Part shown: positions 18,773 through 28,487 of the stretch, in pieces
Layout: each line of letters opens with the position of its first letter
Numbering within the stretch: the first letter of the stretch is position 1
Assembly (NCBI RefSeq): GCF_009914755.1
Contig: NC_060926.1
DNA length: 64,000 nt
Direction: 5' to 3' (one strand)
Source: the human T2T-CHM13v2.0 reference genome, Homo sapiens
Translations under genes and position numbers: made by a program
The notes under the pieces: generated by a model
Told to the model about the DNA's origin: nothing
The model's database searches: none
The model's input: only the letters and a program-made list of their open reading frames with translations

Positions 18773-19789
18773 TTACATTTTGGCATGATTTTGCAGCGGC
18801 TGGTACCGGTTGTTCCTTTCCATGTTTAGCGCTTCCTTCAGGAGCTCTTTTAGGGCAGGCCTGGTGGTGACAAAATCTCTCAACATTTGCTTGTCTATAA
18901 AGTATTTTATTTCTCCTTCACTTATGAAGCTTAGTTTGTCTGGATATGAAATTCTGGGTTGAAAATTCTTTTCTTTAAGAATGTTGAATATTGGCCCCCA
19001 CTCTCTTCTGGCTTGTAGGGTTTCTGCCGAGAGATCCGCTGTTAGTCTGATGGGCTTTCCTTTGAGGGTAACCCGACCTTTCTCTCTGGCTGCCCTTAAC
19101 ATTTTTTCCTTCATTTCAACTTTGGTGAATCTGACAATTATGTGTCTTGGAGTTGCTCTTCTCGAGGAGTATCTTTGTGGCGTTCTCTGTATTTCCTGAA
19201 TCTGAACGTTGGCCTGCCTTGCTAGATTGGGGAAGTTCTCCTGGATAATATCCTGCAGAGTGTTTTCCAACTTGGTTCCATTCTCCACATCACTTTCAGG
19301 TACACCAATCAGACGTAGATTTGGTCTTTTCACATAGTCCCATATTTCTTGGAGGCTTTGCTCATTTCTTTTTATTCTTTTTTCTCTAAACTTCCCTTCT
19401 CGCTTCATTTCATTCATTTCATCTTCCATTGCTGATACCCTTTCTTCCAGTTGATCGCATCGGCTCCTGAGGCTTCTGCATTCTTCACGTAGTTCTCGAG
19501 CCTTGGTTTTCGGCTCCATCAGCTCCTTTAAGCACTTCTCTGTATTGGTTATTCTAGTTATACATTCTTCTAAATTTTTTTCAAAGTTTTCAACTTCTTT
19601 GCCTTTGGTTTGAATGTCCTCCCGTAGCTCAGAGTAATTTGATCGTCTGAAGCCTTCTTCTCTCAGCTCGTCAAAATCATTCTCCATCCAGCTTTGTTCT
19701 GTTGCTGGTGAGGAACTGCGTTCCTTTGGAGGAGGAGAGGCGCTCTGCATTTTAGAGTTTCCAGTTTTTCTGTTCTGTTTTTTCCCCAT
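18773..19789 (-). CDS. LINE-1 ORF1p (coiled coil, RRM, CTD), 338 aa
   Basis: MGKKQNRK...NHAKM at canonical length. REKG and ARR motifs are intact; T14M, L93P and A284D differ from the remembered L1HS reference. Confidence 0.97.
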   Translation of the reverse strand: MGKKQNRKTGNSKMQSASPPPKERSSSPATEQSWMENDFDELREEGFRRSNYSELREDIQTKGKEVENFEKNLEECITRITNTEKCLKELMEPKTKARELREECRSLRSRCDQLEERVSAMEDEMNEMKREGKFREKRIKRNEQSLQEIWDYVKRPNLRLIGVPESDVENGTKLENTLQDIIQENFPNLARQANVQIQEIQRTPQRYSSRRATPRHIIVRFTKVEMKEKMLRAAREKGRVTLKGKPIRLTADLSAETLQARREWGPIFNILKEKNFQPRISYPDKLSFISEGEIKYFIDKQMLRDFVTTRPALKELLKEALNMERNNRYQPLQNHAKM

Positions 19790-20692
19790 CTTTGTGGTTT
19801 TATCTACTTTTGGTCTTTGATGATGGTGATGTACAGATGGGTTTTCGGTGTAGATGTCCTTTCTGGTTGTTAGTTTTCCTTCTAACAGACAGGACCCTCA
19901 GCTGCAGGTCTGTTGGAATACCCTGCCGTGTGAGGTGTCAGTGTGCCCCTGCTGGGGGGTGCCTCCCAGTTAGGCTGCTCGGGGGTCAGGAGTCAGGGAC
20001 CCACTTGAGGAGGCAGTCTGCCCGTTCTCAGATCTCCAGCTGCGTGCTGGGAGAACCACTGCTCTCTTCAAAGCTGTCAGACAGGGACACTTAAGTCTGC
20101 AGAGGTTACTGCTGTCTTTTTGTTTGTCTGTGCCCTGCCCCCAGAGGTGGAGCCTACAGAGGCAGGCAGGCCTCCTTGAGCTGTGGTGGGCTGCACCCAG
20201 TTCGAGCTTCCCGGCTGCTTTGTTTACCTAAGCAAGCCTGGGCAATGGCGGGCGCCCCTCCCCCAGCCTCGTTGCCGCCTTGCAGTTTGATCTCAGACTG
20301 CTGTGCTAGCAATCAGCGAGATTCCGTGGGCGTAGGACCCTCCGAGCCAGGTGTGGGATATAGTCTCGTGGTGCGCCGTTTCTTAAGCCGGTCTGAAAAG
20401 CGCAATATTCGGGTGGGAGTGACCCGATTTTCCAGGTGCGTCCGTCACCCCTTTCTTTGACTCGGAAAGGGAACTCCTTGACCCCTTGCGCTTCCCAGGT
20501 GAGGCAATGCCTCGCCCTGCTTCGGCTCGCGCACGGTGCGCACACACACTGGCCTGCGCCCACTGTCTGGCACTCCCTAGTGAGATGAACCCGGTACCTC
20601 AGATGGAAATGCAGAAATCACCGTCTTCTGCGTCGCTCACGCTGGGAGCTGTAGACCGGAGCTGTTCCTATTCGGCCATCTTGGCTCCTCCC
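19790..20692 (-). promoter_or_regulatory. L1 5'UTR internal sense promoter plus antisense promoter; YY1 site intact
   Basis: CpG-dense ~900 bp. YY1 motif AAGATGGCC appears on + as GGCCATCTT (~20674-20682). The antisense promoter is an established property of L1HS 5'UTRs and here would point rightwards. Confidence 0.85.
20245..20460 (+). CDS. LINE-1 ORF0 (antisense 5'UTR ORF), 71 aa
   Basis: MAGAPPPASLPPCSLISDCC...RCVRHPFL from ATG 20245 in GCAATGG context. Internal splice donors CAG|GTGTGG (20350) and CAG|GTGCGT (20435). Confidence 0.88.
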   Translation: MAGAPPPASLPPCSLISDCCASNQRDSVGVGPSEPGVGYSLVVRRFLSRSEKRNIRVGVTRFSRCVRHPFL

Positions 20693-20705
20693 AAAATAAA
20701 TGTTT
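20692..20705. repeat. Right target-site duplication of L1HS
   Basis: Matches 14640-14653. The first C is ambiguous with the L1 5' G. Confidence 0.93.
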
Positions 20706-21344
20706 AAAAAACTTCCAAACTGATTGTGCTGGTATCAAGTCACCATGGTTGTAGAGCTAAAGGATTCTTTCAATGCTTCAGTGTAAATGCGTGTGAAACA
20801 AGAAACATATTTGGCAGCTCAAAACATGAAATTATGAAGCCATTAATGAAAAAGTCATTTGCTTGAAAGAGGGCATTTAGGTTAAAGAAAATACACTGAA
20901 TTCTACCTGTCATGGTTGGTATTTAGAGTACATGTGTATTTAAATATCTAGTTGAGAGAAGGGGAGAAATAACTTGTTTAACCATGATAACAGTCACATA
21001 AAATAAGTGATATTATTATTATTATTATCATCATCATTATAGTAGCCATTTTCTAGATAAAATAATTGAGGCACAGTATAATTGCCCAAGTTGCTTAACT
21101 AATCAGTGGCCAAGCCCTAAATTGAACACTATACTTCTCCTGAATGCTAATTGTGCTTAAAAATGTAAAGCATCAGTCAATGGGGCCTGAACTGTGGTAG
21201 ACAGTGTGGTACAGTGAAAAGAACTTTGGGTTTGCAGGCTAGAGAACTGGGCTCAAGTTTTGACTTTATGAGTTACATGATTTTGAGCCTTACCTGTAAA
21301 ACATAGATAATAGTTACTTCTGAGGGTGGTTGTTAAGGTTGAAT

Positions 21345-22070
21345 TTACACCCACTAGACTGGCAAAATTATAAGTCTGAAAATAACGTGTTGATAAGGAT
21401 GTCAAATAATGAAAATGCTCTTCATACACTATTGGTGGGAGTGTAAATTGGTACAACCTTGGAAAATAGTTTAGCATTATCTTGTTAAGCTGAATAAATA
21501 TTTACCCCAGGACCAGAAATTTCACACCTAGGGAAAACTTGTGCATATGAACAACGGTATAAATGTACAAGAATATTCTTTGCAGCATTATTTGTAATAG
21601 CCCCAAACTGGAAACAAGCCAAATGTCTACAGACAAGAGAATGGATACATCAATTGTGGAATATTCACACCATGGAATATAATAAAATAGTAAAAGTGAA
21701 TGAATTTCAGCCATGCACAGCAATGTGGTTAAAGTTTAAATGCATTGAGTGGAAAAAAAGCAAGTCTCACGAGAATACATGCAGTGTGACGCCACCATTT
21801 TTACAAAGGGATAAAACAAGCAAATTCACAAATGTCTTGTTAGAAACAGAGCCATCTAAAGTTAAATTACTTTCGAATATTAAGGAAATGATAAAGTCAA
21901 AATTCAGAATGTGGTTACTTCTGCATGGGGCAGGGTGTAGATCGGTGAGGGGGGAGCTTTAATATTATTTAATATTATTTATCACATCTTATGTTGGGTC
22001 ACAGATGTAAAATTTTAGGAAGTGTATGTTACATATAATCTTTTTGTAAGCATTGAATGTTACATAGTAC
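21345..22070 (+). mobile_element. Ancient L1M (MC/ME-type) 3' fragment next to a MIR (~21200-21345)
   Basis: GGTGGGAGTGTAAATTGGTACAACC and CAGCATTATTTGTAATAGCCCCAAACTGGAAACAA; heavily diverged. Confidence 0.7.
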
Positions 22071-24931
22071 TCATTACAATGCCCTACTTAACACTACTGT
22101 ACATTTCTGAGGAATTGCGCTCCTTGCTCCTGTTTCCCCAGCCTCATGTCCAAAAGTAGACACACATAGTAGATTCCCAGGAAAGATTTATCAAGGAAAT
22201 TAATAGTAGTTGGCTAAAAAGAAGATAAAAAGATACAACATTCATGAAGAATACTTTGTAAATGAAAAACGCTATACAAACCATAGGTATTATTATTAAA
22301 AGAGAACGCTTACTGTAATATGATTTAGTTCTCACTCCCTCAAGACTGAATTGCTTTAATTGATGTTCTTGTGAGGAAATGCCTGTCAACACTTTCCATT
22401 GTAGATGCAAAATGCATTGAATCTCTGCCCTCAGACCCACTAGTTTCTGACAGAGCACCAAAGTAAGAGTTTATTTCCAGGGTGTTTCTTCTTTAGGTTT
22501 TAAGAGTGATTGTTTTCCTTAGTAGTAGTTGGGTGTTCACAATCCAAGGAATACTTGTCAGTCTGAAAATACTGAAAATGATGAGGAAAGAAAAGAAATG
22601 GACACTTGTCTTCAAAAACACTTTTGTACATTCCTACAGGAAAAACCCAAGGTGGTGTTAATGCTATCAACATTTTTAAAGCCAAAGAGGAAAAATGTAA
22701 CATGTGTTGATAGTTTGTGGTCTGTGCCTAAACTTTGGCTTCACCACCTACTGCAGAGTGCTCTAAGAAGATGGACTTGAATCCTTTCACCTTTGGCCCT
22801 CTCTACCAAACATTATGTCTTTCACTTAGGTTTTAAGTGTATTTTCAATTTGATCTCTTTATTTTTGACAATCTCTTTTCTTATGCATTGAGGCATCATT
22901 CCTTTTTCAAGAATAAAGGGGAGGAACTAAGATAGAAATTCTTTGTTTAATTATCAAATAACAATTAGAATTTATTGTGTCTGTGCCTTTTAATACTCTA
23001 CTGTATTTTCCTTCCTCAAAACAGAGGCAGCTCTGAAGTGCGGTTATAAGTCTGTTTACACCACCCAGATATGAAATTGACTTGCTAATGGTAACTGTTA
23101 CTTGGTATCCATGGGTTACTGTGTCATGTGATTTGACATCAAGTACAGACAGTGCTGATTAGGAGCATCCAGCTCTGTCCATCTCCGTGCATCACTGAAC
23201 CATCTGGTCATTTATTCACTAATAAGCCCCTAATGGCCCAAATATTCACCGGCCTGTCATTGTGACATGGCATAAAATGCCTACATCTTTCAACTCGCTT
23301 TGACATGTTGCTTGTTTCACATCAAAACCCGTCATTTACAGGAAAAGAGCTCAGAGGGGTAAAAACTTGACCTAATCTACAGTGTTAACACAAAGACAGA
23401 GGCTTGGTTATCTAGTAGCCTGACTGAAAGCATGTAAATGGGCAGGAATTCATTTTGTACTTTTTTTTTCCATTCTCATTTTACAACATTCTTTAAGTTT
23501 GGTATCATCCCTAATATGGGATTTTATGTGGGCTCTGCGTTGAAATATCTATCCTGTATCTGTTTAAATAGTAAAGAGTGCTTTAAAAGGAAAAAGCTTC
23601 CTGGAGACATAGGGCTTGCCTGTTTACATTTAAATGTGTCGGAAAAAAAATACAATATGGATCCAAAGAGCAGCTCTTCGCAATTCTCAGAAGACTCTTT
23701 ACGGTTTGTTATTTTAACCCTCTCTCATTCTTTATTCTTCTTTTGTAGCCTAATATGCTTTTTCCTCCCCCATTATGTCTGCAGATTATAAAAATTGGAG
23801 ATTATCCATGTTTGCAGCATTTGATATTATCACCAGAGCAATAATAAAAGGTTGGAATCCCTGCTTTTACTTATAAGCATTAGAAAAAAAAAGGCCAAAA
23901 CTCAGCAAATAGTCATATTGGCATAAACAGAATTAAAATACTAAAGATTAGAAGGGAATAAGGAGGGGAGAATATAATATTCTATCCCATTCAGTGCTGT
24001 TGAAATCTTGGTTCTTAAGTGGAGTTAAAACATCATGTAACTGAGGGTCATTAATTGATTTTAGGTGCTTTATATTTTATAGACACTACTGGTGAACATT
24101 AGAAAAAAAATCTCCCTTCCCCATGTGTCTCCTTTTATTGTCTTGTTCTTTTTTTAAAAAAAGATTCTAAAAATCACATGCCGGCATAATTTAGGTTTAG
24201 AACTTCATTTTCCCATTGTCTTCCCCTGTGGTTCGCCAGGGCCCAGTTCTGATGATTTCTTCCAGCTGCTACTCAGACACCCATGGAAACCAAACAAAAA
24301 GATGGTGGTGGCAGGTGCAGGGCTCTCCTATTCATAGGTTGGCTCTCACACCTGTGGGGCCAGCTGATCTACAGTTGAGCCAAAACCAACATCCTTTTGC
24401 TCCTTGTTGCTTTCAATGGGATGAAGCTAGAACCGGGGCCTCCTCTGAAGGACGATGGGCTCCTCTGAAGAATGAGCCTGCTCTGAAGGGTGAACTGGAG
24501 GTAAGGTTCACCAAAGAATCTTCCCAAATACTCTCCCCACTCAGGTTTTCTGATTAATTGATGTTAGAAGAGAGCAGCCCCTTGCTTCAAAGCTGATTTA
24601 AAGACAATCAAAGTTCCCTACTGCCTGAGCAGCAGCTTTATAAATTTTATTTTTTTCTACATTTAAAAAAAGTATTCTGTGTTGATCATTAATGTCTTCC
24701 TTTTCTTGTGACCACTCATTATCCACTTCTAGATGCATAAAGGTTTCAGCACAAATACAAGTCAGTCTTTATCATTCCACAGGACTGCATCAAATCCTTG
24801 TCTCCTATGTATGCTGTGAAACTAAATCGCGTAAACTTAACAGAAACTCTAAAGTCCATTGTTTCTTTGGGATCTGATATTCCTGATTTCCAGAATATTC
24901 CTCATTGAAAATATTCCTTCCTTTCATGCAC

Positions 24932-25340
24932 TGTCTTGTATGTTTTGTGTTGCTATGAAGGAATACTTGAGGTTAAGTAATTTATAGAGAAAAAAGGTTT
25001 ATTTGGCTCACAGTTCTGCTGCCTGGAAAATTGGCTTCTGGTGAGGGCCTCAGGCTACTTCCACTTGTGGTAAAAGGCAAAGGGGAGCTGGCCTGTGTAG
25101 AGCTCACCTGGTGAAAGAGAGGGAGGTGAGGGGAGGTGCCTGCCTCTTTGGACAATCAGCTGTCCTGAGAAGTAATAGAGTGAGAACTCACTCACCCATT
25201 TCCCCTAGGGGGAGGGAATTAATCGATTCATAAAGGATTTGCTGCCATTCCCCAGACACCTCCCATTAGGCCCCACCTCCAATACTGGAGATCAAATTTC
25301 AACATGAGATTTGGAAGGAACAAACATCTAAGCTATGGCA
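24932..25340 (-). mobile_element. MaLR solo LTR (MSTB-like)
   Basis: TG...CA termini; GGTTTATTTGGCTCACAGTTCTGC and CCCATTAGGCCCCACCTCCAA motifs. Confidence 0.8.
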
Positions 25341-25815
25341 TGCCTTTAATCAGACTTGAATAACCACAGCCACATGGCTTGATACTTTGTAGAGAGAACT
25401 TACACTTATTTATTCACCCATTCAGTTGACAAACATAGGTTGAGGATCAGCAGTGTTCTAGACACCAGGGATATAAAGATGATTAAGACATTACCCCAGC
25501 CCTTAAGGAGCTTAAAGTCCTTTCAGAATATGGGATATTGTAGCAGGAGGGCAGAAATCAGCAATTATAAAAAAAAAATGCTGAGAATTGCCAAAACTTG
25601 GTCATATAAAATAAGAAAAAAAGTTGAAGGCAATATACAAATACAAAGGACTGGGTGCAGTACCTATGTATTCTTGTACCGTATTCTTCTATTATAAACA
25701 AAGACCCACATAACCCGCTAAGACATCTACTTCTTTCCCTCCTGTTCATACTGTGTTCTGTTAGCACCAGTAAGGGAAAAATGCCTCCAAAGTATAAAAA
25801 TACTCTATCTTGGAA

Positions 25816-25985
25816 TGAAAAGAGAAAGAAAGAGAGAGGGAGAGAGAGAAGGAAAAGAAAAAGGAAGAGGAGGAAGAAGGAGAAGGAAAGGAGGAGGAGC
25901 AAGGGGAAAAGGATGAGGAGCAAAGAGAGAAGGAGGAGAAGGAGAAGAAAGAACACAGAGAGGCAAGAAGAGAGGGAGGGAAAGA
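25816..25985. repeat. GA-rich low-complexity polypurine tract
   Basis: ~170 bp that is almost entirely A/G. Confidence 0.9.
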
Positions 25986-26379
25986 TACTCTTGGAGTCCC
26001 AAGCCTTCCATACCCCAAAGTCTGTAAATTTAATGCCCAAAAGTCCCTGACTTTGTACAGTAATCAATGGCTTTTCCCCCAATGACTCATTGTCCAATCG
26101 TGTGTTCTGTTCACCAGGAAAGGAGGAAGGCCCAACATAGCAAACCACCTACTCCCTTCTCTGTCTCACGGTATGTACACTTTCATCTCTCCCTATTCTT
26201 TTCTGATACCTATGATGTCTTCATTTGTCTTTGTTATGGCCTTTTTTCTTTTCTTTTCTTTTTTTTACTGCTTCTCATTGTGTGTATTTTGAAACAGCAA
26301 TGGCATGGTATTTTACTATTGCTTTATAGTTTTTTCTCTTACTGTATTGTGAACTTTTCCCTCATGTTTTTATGTATTC

Positions 26380-28114
26380 TTTGTTGTTGTTGTTGTTTGT
26401 ATTTATTTTATTTTATTTTGCTTTAAGTTCTGGGATACATGTGCAGAACGTGCAGGTTTGTTACACAGGTATATGTGTGCCATGGTGGTTTGCTGCACCC
26501 ATATACCAGTCACCTACGTTTTAAGCCCTGCATGAATTAGCTGTTTCTCCTGATGCTCTCATCCCCTCACTCACCACCCCACAACAGGCCTTGGTGTGTG
26601 ATGTTCCCCTCCCTCTGTCCATATGTTCTCATTGTTCAACTCCTACTTATGAGTGAGAACATTCAGTGTTTGGTTTTCTGTTCCTATGTTAGTTTGCTGA
26701 GGATAATGGCTTTCGGCCTTATCCATGTCCCTGCAAAGGACATGATCTTGTTCCTTTTTATGACTGCATAGTATTCCATGGTATATATGTGCCACATTTT
26801 CTTTATCCAGTCTATCATTGATGAGCATCTGGATTGGGTCCATGCCTTCGCTATTATAAATAGTGCTGCAATAAAGATATGTGTGCATGTGTCTTTATAG
26901 TAGAATGATTTACATTCCTTTTGGTATATACCCAGTAATGGGGTTGCTGGGTCAAATGGTATTTCTGGTTCTAGATCTTTGAGGAATTGCCACACTGTCT
27001 TCCACAATGGTTGAACTAATTTACATTCCCACCAGCAGTGTAAAAGCATTCCTATTTCTCCACAGCTTCACCAGCATCTATTTTTTCTTGACTTTTTAAT
27101 AATCACCATTCTGACTGGCATAAGATGGTATCTGATTGTGGTTTTGATTTGTATTTTTTTATTGATCAGCGATGTTGAGCTTTTTTTCATATGTTTGTTA
27201 CCTGCATAAATGTCTTCTTTAGAGAGGTGTCTGTTCATATCCTTCGCCCACTTTTTGATGGGGTTGTTTGTTTTTTTCTTGTAAATTTGTTTAAGTTCCT
27301 TGTAGATTCTGGACATTAGCCCTTTGTCAAATGGGTAGATTGCAAAAATCTTCTCCCATTGTGTAGGTTGCCTGTTCATTCTGATGATAGTTTCTTTTAG
27401 CTGTTTAGTTTAATTAGATCCCATTTGTCAAGTTTAGCTTTTGTTGTCATTGCTTTTGCCATTTTCATCATGACATTTTTGCCTATGCCTATGTCCTGAA
27501 TGGTATTGCCTAGGTTTTCTTCTAGGAATTTTATGGTTTGGGGCTTTACATTTAAATCTTTACTCCATCTTGAGTTAATTTTTATATAAGGTGTAAGGAA
27601 GGTATCCACTCTCAGTTTTCTGCATATGGCTAGCCAGTTTTCCCAGCACCACTTATTAAATAGGGAATCCTTTCCTTGTTGCTTGTTTTTGTCAGGTTTG
27701 TTGAAGATTAGATGGTTGTAGGCGTGTGGTGTTACTTCTGAGGTCTCTGTTATGTTACATTGGTCTATATGTCTGTTTTGGTGTAAGTACCATCCTGTTT
27801 TGGTTACTGTAGCATTGTAGTATAGTTTGAAGTCAGGTAGCTTGATGCCTCCAGCTTTGTTCTTTTTGCTTAGGGTTGTCTTGGCTGTACAGGCCCTTTT
27901 TTGTTGCATATGAAATTTAAAATAGTTTTTTCTAATTATCTGAAGCATGTCAATGGTGGTTTGATGGGAATAGCATTGAATTTATAAACTACTTTGGGCA
28001 GTATGGCCATTTTCGTGATAGTGATTCTTCCTTTCCATGAGGATGGAATGTTTTTCTATTTGTTTGTATCTTCTCTTATTTCCTTGAGCAGTGGTTTGTA
28101 GTTCTCCTTGAAGA
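26380..28114 (-). mobile_element. 5'-truncated L1PA (about PA7-PA8), ~1.7 kb
   Basis: 3'UTR plus broken ORF2 C-terminal frames (26684-27948); tail (AAAAT)n/(AAC)n; homology stops at ...CTCCTTGAAGA 28114. Confidence 0.9.
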
Positions 28115-28487
28115 TATTATGGCTTTTCTTTATCTCCACTCTGTATTTTCCTCTATGATGTGTCTTCTCTCCTTTTCTGAGAGGGAGAGGATGTGGTGAG
28201 ATGGGTGCCAACAGTATTGGTTTTGTCTTTGACTCTGTTCTCCCAGCCAGGGGAAAGGGCTAGAGAGCCATTTATCTCCATGATTCCAAGATTCTGAAAA
28301 GATTGCCAGGGTTATGAAAATGTTTAGTAGAATGCACTCTTAGTTTGTTATTCCTATATGTATGATGGCACATACTGGGAGTCAACTAGTTTTTTTCTGT
28401 CATCATCTAAATGTATGATTGTTAGAGGTTGACCATTGGGTCTCACACTGGACTTTCTGGATGCTTGGAGAACAATTACTGTAATAT

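Noticed and set aside
25558-26148. 196-aa hydrophobic ORF (-) and 131-aa K/R/E-rich ORF (+)
   Set aside because: Both are translations of the GA-rich low-complexity tract.
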